Positions 16,701-26,077 of a DNA stretch of 64,000 nt are shown piece after piece. This stretch comes from an uncultured virus (IMG/VR IMGVR_UViG_3300038656_000077). Taxonomy: Duplodnaviria; Heunggongvirae; Uroviricota; Caudoviricetes. The DNA lies in the IMG/VR virus record IMGVR_UViG_3300038656_000077. One strand, written 5' to 3'. The notes under the pieces were generated by a model. It saw only the letters and a program-made list of their open reading frames with translations, ran no database searches and was not told the DNA's origin. Made by a program: the position numbers and the translations under genes. Every line of letters begins with the position of its first letter. The stretch's first letter is position 1.

Positions 16701-19219
16701 TCATCTAGTTGTTGTGAAGTTAAAGGTAAGGAATCTTCTCTTGTTTTGAATGGAGAATTAGCTTTTAGTGTTTCAAATGCTGTTTCACTTTCTCTATTCA
16801 AGTTATTTTCTAGTATTTCTAAATCTCTTAGCTCCTCTGATAAACTTAACAATTTACTTTGCTCGGCTTGTTTTTGTTCAACATTGTCCGTACCTAACCT
16901 TTCTAGTTTTTTTTGAATGCCTAATATCTGAGATTGCAGGTTATCTCTATCTTTTTTTACTTTGTTTTTTCTTTTTTGTACTGAAAATAAAGACTCTTTG
17001 TTTTGTTTTTGAGATGTCTCTAATATCTTTCTTGCTTCTAGTGCATTTTTAATCTTACCAGACATTTCAGGACTAACTATTTCAGCCATTTCAATGTCTA
17101 TCTCGTCTAAAAATATCTCTGCAGTTTCCGCAGATTTAGCCCCCATAGTCATGTTGTAAGCTATAGCCTCAGACACAAAATCTTTGTTCTTTAAGTCTTT
17201 TGTCGTAGCATTTCTACCTACAATAAGATCAGCGAAGTCTTTATTGGCAGAAAATTCTTGCTGTAGATCAGAATATTCTTGAAATACTTCTTGTTTATAC
17301 GCTTCTATTGTTTCTTTGTCTACCCCTATTTCATCCGCCCATTGCTGAGAGTCAGCTAGTTCAAGAGATGTCTTAAAATCTTCGTAAGCATCGTCAAGTC
17401 TATCATACTTTTTATTCATAGAGATATTAGCAAGTATGGCTTTTTTTCTAGAAAGCTCTTTTGCTGTTATATCTCCTCTACTTTCAGCTTCAGCTTCTTC
17501 TTGTGTTGCTCTATTTATTCTGTTAGCTGTTGCTATATTATCTCCTAGCTTTTGAGAAGCAAGCGATGAATCCTTTAATGTTTCGTTTAGTCCATTAACG
17601 CCAAATTTACCGTCTTTTCTCAAGAAATCAGTTATCCCTTGTGCGCCTATCTCGCTATTCACAACATCCGCTATGGCTTTTTGGTTTTTCAGTTGTTTTC
17701 CATAATCATTTAACCCACCTGAAAATACCCCCCCTAAAAGACCTACCATCATACCTATGCCAATTTCTTTCCAGCCCTCTTTAGATCCGTAAGTTTTTGC
17801 ATAAGAATCAAATATTCCTCCTATCATGTCATAGTTATCTTTACTGGCCTCTAAATCATAACCAGAGGTCAACCAATCTTCTCCTAGATTACCTAGTACG
17901 GACTGATTACCTTCTTGCCAAAAACCTTCTATGAGTGGAGCTTTGGCAAAGTCTCTTGTTCTTCCCGCTATTTTTTGTAGAGTTGTAGGTTGTAAAGCTT
18001 TACTTGCTAACCTGCCACCCTCTGTTGTTGTTGTTGTCCCAATACCAAACAGCTTTTTATTTGCACCTTTTCTCAAAGAAGTACCTGATTTTAATAAAGG
18101 GTTTTTAAGGTTAAACATTCTACCAAACACGGCCAAATTACTTGCCCCTATAAGAGCTATATTACCTGCCCATACAGAATTACCTGCTGTCGTGTTGTCT
18201 TCTTTAAAGCTTCTTAACTCTTCAGCGTTTGGCTGTCTTCCGAAATTGGTTTCGTAATAGTTTCGGAAGTTTTCTTCGGCTTCCTTCATGAAATGTCTAG
18301 CCTCTACCCCTGCTTCATAACCTGCAGAAGTATAAGTAAACCTTGCTGTATTTGCCAAGTCTGCTGTTTTGCCGACTCTTGTTGCTGTTTTTTGTGCTTG
18401 TCTTGCTGCTTGTTTTGTGTAACCGTTTCTAATCATAGTTTTACCTATCTTAGAGTAACTATTCACACCTTTAGTAAGTCTTGCTAGTTTAGCTCCTTTA
18501 AGTGACCAACGTGCTGCAGTAGTACCCAACCCTGCTCCCCCTGTTACACCCGCCCAAATAGCTTCTGATACTATTGCGCCTAGTGTAAAAGAAACACCGC
18601 CTGCAAAGTCGTTCGCCCAAAAATTAGCTGTACCTAATGACTGACCAAAGTTCAAGTCCTGCTCTTGTCTACTATAATAGTTTGGCAATTTGAAGTTAGC
18701 TTTTTCGTTTACACCATCTAGCCATTGATTAAAATCGTCAGTATATAAAGCTTCTGTCTCAAAACCCGAATTAATCCAATTTGCTACACCTGTTACAGAT
18801 CCTACAGTACCTCCTCCAACAGTAGTGAGAAAATTTATACCAGCCTTGGATAAGCCATTAGCCCATTTTTCGTCTGATGTTTGTTGCCTTGCCAACCTTT
18901 CGTTATTGTCCGTACCTTTTAAAAAGTTACTATATCTAGAAGTAAATATATCACCTGCTTTAGCGTATACTTCATTGAAGTCTGTATTTTCTGTAAGTGA
19001 AATTTTATCAGACTTTTTACTGAAAAGGCCTTCATTTAAACTAGAACTTATGTTGGCTTCTTGGATTAAGTCCTCAGCCATTTTTACTTTGTTAGTCTGA
19101 GTTCTTTTTATATCATTAGCCACAAACCCCATAGAGTCTGGTGAAAAAGATTTTTGTCTTGAAGTTGCTAAATCTTGAACAGGTTGATACTGTTTATTAA
19201 ATCTATTTTCTTCTGCCAT
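13772..19219 (-). CDS. Giant virion cargo/ejection protein (1815 aa)
   Basis: Gly/Ala-rich hydrophobic segments in the N-terminal third, then coiled coils; position in the cargo cluster. Confidence 0.7.
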   Translation of the reverse strand: MAEENRFNKQYQPVQDLATSRQKSFSPDSMGFVANDIKRTQTNKVKMAEDLIQEANISSSLNEGLFSKKSDKISLTENTDFNEVYAKAGDIFTSRYSNFLKGTDNNERLARQQTSDEKWANGLSKAGINFLTTVGGGTVGSVTGVANWINSGFETEALYTDDFNQWLDGVNEKANFKLPNYYSRQEQDLNFGQSLGTANFWANDFAGGVSFTLGAIVSEAIWAGVTGGAGLGTTAARWSLKGAKLARLTKGVNSYSKIGKTMIRNGYTKQAARQAQKTATRVGKTADLANTARFTYTSAGYEAGVEARHFMKEAEENFRNYYETNFGRQPNAEELRSFKEDNTTAGNSVWAGNIALIGASNLAVFGRMFNLKNPLLKSGTSLRKGANKKLFGIGTTTTTEGGRLASKALQPTTLQKIAGRTRDFAKAPLIEGFWQEGNQSVLGNLGEDWLTSGYDLEASKDNYDMIGGIFDSYAKTYGSKEGWKEIGIGMMVGLLGGVFSGGLNDYGKQLKNQKAIADVVNSEIGAQGITDFLRKDGKFGVNGLNETLKDSSLASQKLGDNIATANRINRATQEEAEAESRGDITAKELSRKKAILANISMNKKYDRLDDAYEDFKTSLELADSQQWADEIGVDKETIEAYKQEVFQEYSDLQQEFSANKDFADLIVGRNATTKDLKNKDFVSEAIAYNMTMGAKSAETAEIFLDEIDIEMAEIVSPEMSGKIKNALEARKILETSQKQNKESLFSVQKRKNKVKKDRDNLQSQILGIQKKLERLGTDNVEQKQAEQSKLLSLSEELRDLEILENNLNRESETAFETLKANSPFKTREDSLPLTSQQLDEILDINEKGEIVGGTLSNIDKVIRSQEEVNPRKASKLKKLFNEYQKSVYAFKEYNKTIQGISNENFSPANFATKLEQKIAGITKREANEFTREFFANVGMSLATDTKDLMDSLGNTTTTSTESELNNVTYESEFEEGDYAKLSEAVERFLDPNVQGTVQDLQMFKNYPVLSEALIALEGKKRAELKNILKNINSQDFLLSQAQKDSFLEKRRNEINNKYDNLKESILNKKQENKTEIDRLNDLIQQTTQENNLISNYVGEDLGQAKENTPTEQDIEDFKAISKKLQGTGFLSNNYAIAGEYQPSMPISEQEFTRLKELNNKLSNWQVMEGTMVSGVNASLADLITRATQLETVLERPIKEEQTIKDIIELENVSEKNSSVSRNDIRTIQTLNGVYIKVGKSGSISLSHVNLDNFIAKYLSQTPTKLQVQKQGSKKKIDITPSELNNYQKDEGNRIFITTENDVVEVTIGKRATLDFSKETWESIREDIKLQFLYSKNIDPQAMANSYVMGYEVLEDGTILPAKSDFTVDSALEAMTPQELVNLDKVLLKVDPKNEYNKKLLDEYNKAVKSKKQVNIDKALQNLEANIGVSLTFSNKFVGFLRAGIENNGTTDTSIKFTEIRKAAAKKLIESENNNLIDLETTIPVNFKYRGSPVFSLSKTADGLSINNKDISPKELKKIKDAGYVERGKLVIGGKVNTESVIKTYLPNTNKRTPVIVFENNGELIAFVVNVKPSSVDLSNNMYEILSNDNLTKGQKVNQLNSLLLQNNIEPGKFELNENSLTNVTKLEEVEKELQQVKVLPKIEQWAEKTFNLNNLSLQASLPIDITNSPFNSPKIVLDIKSAEVTQPSDFRESIEESSLQLLDKIQGYISEILTKQSEYIRKDGTVIEDTTFTDVIDNDVYEKDASTFANKAGNLRKLSKAISKAVPKTIIDVHGKEFFDNLKRDLKKYEGLNKERRKLSKSIKDKVNNKKNQEC

Positions 19220-22059
19220 TATTGTTCTTGATTTTGTACAAAGGTACTATATAATATTGAGAATTTATCACTTTCAGAAGATATTTCGTAATTGTTCATT
19301 CTGAAATCTAAAGCTATTCTCTCCAATGCCTGTGTGATATACACTTGAGGTGCGGAGTTAAATACTGAGAATATTTCTTTTTCATCTCTATCTGTCAAGT
19401 CTACGCTGGACATTAGCTCATACTCTGGATTATCTGCTGTTCCTGTATTTAATGACACCTTTGCAAAAGTTCTTCCTTGCTCGTTGGTCTTTAGTCCTAC
19501 CTTAAATCTTTCTGAGTTTTCTATTGCCCTTGTTAACGTTTCTCCGACATCTGTATTTTCTGCAAACATTTCTGGAAACCTTCTTCTTAAAACTTCTGTC
19601 GGGTTTGTAGCCATATTGGTTACTTGAGGATTCTGAAAATGATTTAAATATCTTCCTACAAGTTCTTCGTCTTTACCATCAGGATAGGCTATGTTTACTT
19701 CTTCTCTGTTTTGACTAGACATAATTTCTATACCCCCTTCTATATCTTGCATATCTATTTGAGAAGATAGCGTAGGGGCAATCTGCATAAATTGAGACTT
19801 CTCTATTGTAACCTCGTTTTTACTTGATACTCTATCTACTTTTTTATTTTCATAATCAGCTTTAGAATATGTATCTAACTGCGAAATAATTATATTATCT
19901 GGATTAGCGGGATCAACGAATATATTCGATGTCTTTTTAGGATCATATATAAAACCTTGTTCTGAAAGAATATCTTCAGTCAATGCTTTCATTTCTCTTA
20001 TTGCTGGCTTATTTTCATCCTTAGCTGTAGCTGCTGCACCTATTGTTATTTTTCTAGGTGTTTTTACTTGCATAAGTCCTTTTGTTAAGGCTTCGTTATA
20101 ACCCTCTTTGTAATTTTTAGTGTCAATACCTAACACATTTCTTATGGAATAGTCATCATAAAAGTTAGAGTCTCCTCTCAATCTATTAGCCGCAGATTTA
20201 AGTCCGTAGGTATCTATAACTGTAAGCGTATTGTTTATCAAAGAAAATTTTCTTCTTTTTTTGATTAAATTTTTTACATCTTGATCTGCTCCTTCTCTTA
20301 TTCTAAAACCATTTTCTGTTTTAATGTAAAAGTCTTCAAACTCTATATTTTTATCTAAAGACCTAACCATCCTGTCAAAGTTACGTCTTGTATTTTTATC
20401 AGCTTTAGTCGTTGTGTCTAAAAAGTCTTGATTTAGTTCGCTCAAGTAGAAGTCAGCGTAAACTTGACTCTTGAATTCTTTTCCTGCGTCCGTGTCAATA
20501 AACTTTATGAAATCCTCTGTGCTTTCTACATTATTAGCCTCAAAATATTCTCTAGAAGTAACTTCATTACCCTCTTGATCTATGATTTTCTGTCTATCTA
20601 CTAGTCCGCTTTCTTTTGCTGAGTTATATATTTTTTCTGCATTGTTAACCCAAACATCTTTGGAAACAAAACTATCATGCGCTTTTCTTTTTATAGAGTT
20701 TTCCTTTCTTATTTTTTCTATGTGGTTTGCTCCTTCTTCTACTAAATCTAACTTTCCTTCTTTTTTGTAAATATCGTTTAGTACTTTGACTTCTGCTTGT
20801 TTTTGCGTAAGGCCTTCTCCTTTATAAACTTCTATTTTCTTGTCAAAATCTATATCTGGATGATTTTCTCTTATATATTCTTTACCTCTATTAGTCCATC
20901 CTTGTAGTTCAGTCATGGCATCCTCTCGCCTTCTTTCAAACGTCTCATTTGATATATCAGGTATTTGTGTTGCAAGCATTGTAGAGCTACTTTGTATGCC
21001 TATCTCTTCTTGCTTTTCTGCGTCTGATAAAGTTTTGGTAGCATAGTCTTTGCTATTAATAAAGGTTAAAGACGGATCCGAACCTACAAGTGCGGCATTA
21101 TCATAAATCAACTTATTCATTAAGCCAGGTAAAGCTACCGATTCCGCAGTTATATTATTAGGGTCAAAGTTGTCTAAAGTTTTTTGTTTTAGTTGTTGAA
21201 ACCTTTTCTTTTCTTTATTTAGTTTATCTTTTTGAGGTTTATTCAAAGATTTAGTAACAAGAACTGTATCAATTTTGTCAATTTCTTTGTCAAAGTTAGC
21301 TACTGATCTTTGCGTTGCTTTTTTAGCATCCTGCACTGCCAACTCGTTATCCCAACTGTACTGCGCTCTTGCTTCCACTCTCATTTGAGCCTCCATCTCA
21401 GGAGATATGAGATTAGGCAAGTAAGAAGCCCACTCTGAAATAGTCATGTTGGAGGTTTTCTTTCTTACAGCCTTGCCTTCTGCATCTATAAATTCCAACT
21501 CTTGTTCTCCTATAACTTCTTTGGCTTCCTTAATCCTCTCTAACATGCTTCTATTCACATCCACGTAAGGAGTGTAAGAAAGGTTTCCTACACTGTCTTT
21601 TTCATTTCGCATATAAGAATCATAATCAGAATTTTTAAGTCCGTCCATATAGTTTATGTCACTATAAATTTCTGGATTCTCTTCTTGTATTGCCTGTACC
21701 TGAGCCTGGTAATCTCTTATCTTCTTAGATTCCCCTAGTTGTTTTATAACCTCCCCATCAAGAGCCTCATTTATCCTAGAAGTTATCTCTCGTGTAGATT
21801 GATTAGAAGAATAGTCTGTATCTTTTAAGGAGGGGATGCTGTTGATTAGGCCACTGACCTTATTATACATATACTCTTTATCCTCCTCTCTTACCAACAT
21901 AGAAGTAGTTAAACCTAGTTGTCCCAGCGTCTGTTCTACTTTTACCTGATTTGTATCGTACTTATTCTGTCTATTTTGCAATACTCCTGCTGCAAATTCT
22001 GTATCGAAATTAGATTGTGGTTCCCCGTATTGATGTACTATACCGTAAGCTGATGCCAT
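19219..22059 (-). CDS. Large virion cargo protein (946 aa)
   Basis: Helical ORF whose stop overlaps the next start; function inferred from position. Confidence 0.65.
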   Translation of the reverse strand: MASAYGIVHQYGEPQSNFDTEFAAGVLQNRQNKYDTNQVKVEQTLGQLGLTTSMLVREEDKEYMYNKVSGLINSIPSLKDTDYSSNQSTREITSRINEALDGEVIKQLGESKKIRDYQAQVQAIQEENPEIYSDINYMDGLKNSDYDSYMRNEKDSVGNLSYTPYVDVNRSMLERIKEAKEVIGEQELEFIDAEGKAVRKKTSNMTISEWASYLPNLISPEMEAQMRVEARAQYSWDNELAVQDAKKATQRSVANFDKEIDKIDTVLVTKSLNKPQKDKLNKEKKRFQQLKQKTLDNFDPNNITAESVALPGLMNKLIYDNAALVGSDPSLTFINSKDYATKTLSDAEKQEEIGIQSSSTMLATQIPDISNETFERRREDAMTELQGWTNRGKEYIRENHPDIDFDKKIEVYKGEGLTQKQAEVKVLNDIYKKEGKLDLVEEGANHIEKIRKENSIKRKAHDSFVSKDVWVNNAEKIYNSAKESGLVDRQKIIDQEGNEVTSREYFEANNVESTEDFIKFIDTDAGKEFKSQVYADFYLSELNQDFLDTTTKADKNTRRNFDRMVRSLDKNIEFEDFYIKTENGFRIREGADQDVKNLIKKRRKFSLINNTLTVIDTYGLKSAANRLRGDSNFYDDYSIRNVLGIDTKNYKEGYNEALTKGLMQVKTPRKITIGAAATAKDENKPAIREMKALTEDILSEQGFIYDPKKTSNIFVDPANPDNIIISQLDTYSKADYENKKVDRVSSKNEVTIEKSQFMQIAPTLSSQIDMQDIEGGIEIMSSQNREEVNIAYPDGKDEELVGRYLNHFQNPQVTNMATNPTEVLRRRFPEMFAENTDVGETLTRAIENSERFKVGLKTNEQGRTFAKVSLNTGTADNPEYELMSSVDLTDRDEKEIFSVFNSAPQVYITQALERIALDFRMNNYEISSESDKFSILYSTFVQNQEQ

Positions 22060-22061
22060 GC

Positions 22062-24998
22062 TTATTTCTTATTTTTAAATTTACCTCCTTTTTTAGCTTG
22101 TCGTTGTGCGACAACTCCTTGCCCTAATTCTGACGCAAAAACAGATTGAGCTTGGGCTTTATTTATACCCTCTCCTTTATTTGTTACATTACCCATAGAA
22201 TCTATATCAAAGTTTTCGTACATTTGATTTAAAGTGTTTCTTCTACGGTTATCATTAAAGTTGGACGCATTAAGTTTTCTTAGGTAGTCGTAAAACTGTC
22301 TTACATTTTCTTCTGTAAGTGATTCTGCGGTTTGTTGTCTCCGCTCGTAATCTAGAGCATCTTCGGCTCTTGCAGCTTCTTCCCCCATTTGTATTTGAGC
22401 GTTGGTGTTTTGCGCTTGATTTCTTATTTGGGCATTGTTCATTTCTGTTTGAGAAATAGCCTGATTGTTTGCTTGCTGTAAATTTGCATTTATTTGAGCT
22501 ATTGTTGCTGCTCTTTGTGAGTCAGGCAAGTCTTGCGCTGACCTTATAGCTGCAGTTGCTTGTCTTTGATTTTCTGATATAATAGCTTCAGCAGAAGTCA
22601 ACTCTGGATTTACTCTATCGTATCTTCTAGTGACATCTAATTGAGAAGCCATAGCTGAAGGTGGTATAACTCCTTGGTCAGGTGTCATAGGCATATTTAC
22701 ACCTTGATTATTTTGACCTGTGTCATCTCCTGTCTCTGTGCTACTTTCTGTTTTCACCTTATCTTCAGGAGTCGTTTGGGTGGGTAAGTCTCCCATCACT
22801 TCGTCAGGCGTTTCTAAGAAAGGAATGTAAGCAGATTGAGTTTGTTCTCCAAACTTACCGTCTACCTCTAGTGTTGAACCTTCCTCTACTTTTTCATTGT
22901 ATTTTGTTTGGAAGTCTTTGACTGCATCTTCTGAACCATCGAAAGTATTCCAATCATACCAAGGGTTTCTAGTTACTGTTTCTAACACTCCTTTAGCGTC
23001 TACATCCCCATAAGCTGTAATACCTATTTCTTCTAGTATTTTTTTGGATTGCCCTTCTGGAATATCCTTTAGTGATTCACTTTGTCCTATCAAATCTTCT
23101 CCTGAATAACCTGCTTTATCTAATGCAGCTTTCACCTTGGACTTAAAGTCTCCTCCATCTTCATAATAACCTCCCTTCTTAAACTCATCAATAATCTGTT
23201 TAGCCCTTTTTTCTGGAATGCCGTATTTTAAAGACAGTTGTTTAATTCCTCCATCTTCAAACTCAGAAGTTTCTTCTTCTTTGGGTTTTGGTTTGGAATT
23301 TTCTTGCAATTCGAAAACCGTAGTAAGTGCTCCCTGTCTTAGTGGTTCTAACTCATCTTTTTTCTTCTGTACTTCTTCCAACTTTTTATAAAGGAACTCT
23401 GCATTTAAGTTTTTAGTGGTCTCGTCTTGTACTTTTTCCTCTACCTTGGATAGTTTTTTAAGTATTTGTTCTTCTTCTTTTATGATTTTACTTAAACCTA
23501 TAGAACTATATATTTTATCGACTGCTTTGGCATAAGTATCTTTTGTTGAAAATTTGTTATCGAATTTATCTTTAAGTTTCTTAGCGTCTTGTTTTTTGAG
23601 TTGTAAGTTATTAGAAATAATTCTATCTCCTTCTTGTAATTCCATTTTCTCTCCTCCTTCCTCATGGTCTTTTCCTTCTACTTTAATGGAAGAGCCGTCT
23701 TGTGAGTAAATGTGTTCCCCTTGCTCAAGTTCGCTATTAGGCTGTACTCCTTGATTGTTTTCAGAGACTCCTTGCATCACCTCTCCTGTCATAATTTTTT
23801 CTTGCGATAAATCTTCGCCACCATCTTCGTAGACATTCATTCCTTGATAAGCAGATTGCATTGGTGCAGGCATAACACCTCCCATTTCATAATATCCACC
23901 ATCTTCCTTGTAGCTTGTATTGCCTTCCATTTGTTCTTTTTGGTTTTCTCTGTACTCGTCATTTATCTCTCCTCTTCTCCTTTCTCTCCCCATTCCACCA
24001 AATATATTTCTAGCTAAACCGACCCCTAGTTTTGCCCCTGAAGCTATTCCCATACCTACGTTTCCAGATTCTATTGACTTTCCTAGAAAACCTGCTGCTG
24101 AAGGTATATCTACTCCTACATAAGGGTTAAATTCTGTAGTTTCTGGTTGTGTTGTGTCGCTAGAAGTTCTCTCTATGTCGGTTAGATTCTTTGAAGCGTC
24201 CGATGGTACTAGTTGAGCAGATGGTGCTTGTTGAATCATTTCAGACTCCATTATTGGATTACTCGCAAAACCTTCAGATTGTACCGAAGTTTGTGTTGCC
24301 CTAGGTGTAGTTTGTGAAGGTTGCACGCCTTGATAATTTTGATCTGAAGAAATCTTTTGTGTATTAGGTGACTGATATCCCGTAACAGAAGGATTAGATA
24401 AATAAGGATTTTTAACAGAAAACATATCACCATCTTGATACTTTCTTACTCCTCCGTTTTCATATTTATCTTCAAGCTGTTCTATCTCCCCTGCTCTTTG
24501 TCTTAAAGAGTCTCTTACTCTTTCTTTCTCAAATAAAGACTGCCTTAAAGCCCGTAAGTGTTTCTCTGTGCTACCTATGATTTCTTTATTGAAATGTCCT
24601 TGCTCTGAGGCGTAGAAATCCTTTATATTTTTCTTTGTTTTTGCAACTTCAAAAGCGGCATTATTTATTTCTCTGTAAAGCTCTTCTAAGTTTTCAGTTT
24701 GTACTTCAGGTGATTTTTTTAAACTTCCTTCTAACCTTTGCGTTTCGGGCTGTACAGTAGAAGCAACTCTAGGATTGCCTGTAAAAGAACCTCCTTCTTG
24801 ATACATTCCACCTTCTTCCAAAAAGTTTTTCTTGTATGTCTTGAAAGCTTTGGCTCTTGGGCTATTACCTTCTAATATTTTTTTATTTTTGGCTAACCAA
24901 CCTTTTACATTAGAAGGAGGTTTTGGAAAGTCAAAAGTCTTACCATTCTCTTCTATTCTTATAGGTTTGTTTGAATTATCTCTTATTGTAATAGCCAT
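22062..24998 (-). CDS. Large virion cargo protein (978 aa) with repeated Y/F-E-x-G-G motifs and a peptidoglycan-binding-like motif
   Basis: About ten xEDGG/KKGG-type motifs; AVKDFQ...LEVDGKFGEQT; Q/N/A-rich C-terminal coiled coil. Confidence 0.7.
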   Translation of the reverse strand: MAITIRDNSNKPIRIEENGKTFDFPKPPSNVKGWLAKNKKILEGNSPRAKAFKTYKKNFLEEGGMYQEGGSFTGNPRVASTVQPETQRLEGSLKKSPEVQTENLEELYREINNAAFEVAKTKKNIKDFYASEQGHFNKEIIGSTEKHLRALRQSLFEKERVRDSLRQRAGEIEQLEDKYENGGVRKYQDGDMFSVKNPYLSNPSVTGYQSPNTQKISSDQNYQGVQPSQTTPRATQTSVQSEGFASNPIMESEMIQQAPSAQLVPSDASKNLTDIERTSSDTTQPETTEFNPYVGVDIPSAAGFLGKSIESGNVGMGIASGAKLGVGLARNIFGGMGRERRRGEINDEYRENQKEQMEGNTSYKEDGGYYEMGGVMPAPMQSAYQGMNVYEDGGEDLSQEKIMTGEVMQGVSENNQGVQPNSELEQGEHIYSQDGSSIKVEGKDHEEGGEKMELQEGDRIISNNLQLKKQDAKKLKDKFDNKFSTKDTYAKAVDKIYSSIGLSKIIKEEEQILKKLSKVEEKVQDETTKNLNAEFLYKKLEEVQKKKDELEPLRQGALTTVFELQENSKPKPKEEETSEFEDGGIKQLSLKYGIPEKRAKQIIDEFKKGGYYEDGGDFKSKVKAALDKAGYSGEDLIGQSESLKDIPEGQSKKILEEIGITAYGDVDAKGVLETVTRNPWYDWNTFDGSEDAVKDFQTKYNEKVEEGSTLEVDGKFGEQTQSAYIPFLETPDEVMGDLPTQTTPEDKVKTESSTETGDDTGQNNQGVNMPMTPDQGVIPPSAMASQLDVTRRYDRVNPELTSAEAIISENQRQATAAIRSAQDLPDSQRAATIAQINANLQQANNQAISQTEMNNAQIRNQAQNTNAQIQMGEEAARAEDALDYERRQQTAESLTEENVRQFYDYLRKLNASNFNDNRRRNTLNQMYENFDIDSMGNVTNKGEGINKAQAQSVFASELGQGVVAQRQAKKGGKFKNKK

Positions 24999-25012
24999 TT
25001 TTATATCTTATT

Positions 25013-25258
25013 TTATATTTCCTTCTTTAATTGTATCTGTTGTAAAGACTCTGCAAATATACTACTCTCTTGGGTTTCTGCAAAATTTGTTAAATTTTTC
25101 TCATTATCAAAAGGTTGATAGATGCTCTTTATATACTCAGATTTCACTAACTGTGAATACTTCTTTTGTTCTTCAGTTGCTGGCTTTTCGGAATCAAAGT
25201 TCATTCGAGTAATTAGTTTTGACCTTAAACTTTTGAAATTTAAAATAAAATTGGTCAT
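25013..25258 (-). pseudogene. Chimeric ORF: foreign N-terminus fused to a duplicated piece of the GH73 gene
   Basis: Starts just after the attC-like site. EKNLTNFAETQESSIFA is identical to a stretch of the 26078..27163 product. Confidence 0.55.
25053..25104 (-). repeat. 52-bp direct repeat (copy 2), containing the promoter for the cargo operon
   Basis: One mismatch to 26547-26598; contains TTAACAAATTTTG-N19-TATATTTG, about 55 nt upstream of the 978-aa gene. Confidence 0.85.
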
Positions 25259-25280
25259 TCTCGATGTTTTTTCAAATGTT

Positions 25281-25412
25281 GCACAACGTTTAGGCTATAA
25301 GTAATGCGGGATAAAAATGCAATTACTTTTCAGCTGTAGAACAAACTTAGTAAAAAATCACTTAACTTCAATTTCAGCCCATCAGCCCGCATTACTTATA
25401 GCCTGTGTTGTG
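25281..25412. repeat. attC-like palindromic element
   Basis: Perfect 19-bp inverted repeat AGGCTATAAGTAATGCGGG (25292-25310 / 25386-25404) enclosed by CACAAC...GTTGTG boxes with asymmetric spacers. Confidence 0.7.
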
Positions 25413-25481
25413 GTGCGTTTTTCATTGTCTTACTTGCGTATCCATTTTATTTTGTTTCTTTGCATTTAAATTCATTAATAT

Positions 25482-25994
25482 ATGACTAGTGATAAAAGTA
25501 TTGAATCAAATTTAAAGTATTTAGATGATATTTTAAAACATCTAATTAATTACGCTTCTCACTATACTTTATCTTTCCCTGAACTTTATGAAAAGCTGTA
25601 TGATAGAGATTTTGAGTCTGACGATAAGTTCAACGCTATGAATCATTTAATTTTAATATCAGAAGAAACCGACTTTTTTAATACCCCAATTAGCAATAAT
25701 CAGAAGGCACTTGGTGAAAAATTAGTTGAAGCCTGTTACTACCTAAAAGAAAATGGTTTTATAAATATATGCGCTGAATTTAATATCAAAATAACTTTTT
25801 CGGGGATTTTGAAGCACTCCTATGGATTTGTCCAAGACTTCCAAAAGGAGCAAAAAAACGAGAAAAGGTTACGTCACGTTGAGGATACACAGAAGATACA
25901 GAATCGTTGGTTAATTTTTTTAACTTCTCTGATTGCTCTAGGTACTGTTGTCTCGGCGATTTACTATTTAACCTTGATGATATGTAATACTTAA
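25482..25994 (+). CDS. Moron/cassette gene: winged-helix-like domain plus C-terminal TM helix
   Basis: Only convincing plus-strand gene; YLKENGFI...IKITFSG wing pattern; C-terminal hydrophobic helix. Confidence 0.75.
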   Translation: MTSDKSIESNLKYLDDILKHLINYASHYTLSFPELYEKLYDRDFESDDKFNAMNHLILISEETDFFNTPISNNQKALGEKLVEACYYLKENGFINICAEFNIKITFSGILKHSYGFVQDFQKEQKNEKRLRHVEDTQKIQNRWLIFLTSLIALGTVVSAIYYLTLMICNT

Positions 25995-26077
25995 CAATAT
26001 CAAATATTAAATAAATAATAATTAGTAACATCATTATTACAATTACTAATGCGATAAGTGGCAAAATTTTCATATTT

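Noticed and set aside
22195..22225. NFDID in the 978-aa protein as the crAss RNAP DFDID catalytic motif
   Set aside because: First Asp is missing and the motif lies ~45 aa from the C-terminus after a coiled coil, with no polymerase context.
25786..26073. 95-aa minus-strand ORF with a hydrophobic N-terminus
   Set aside because: About two thirds overlaps the 170-aa gene in antisense. The first ~28 codons may be a remnant, but the full ORF is unsupported.
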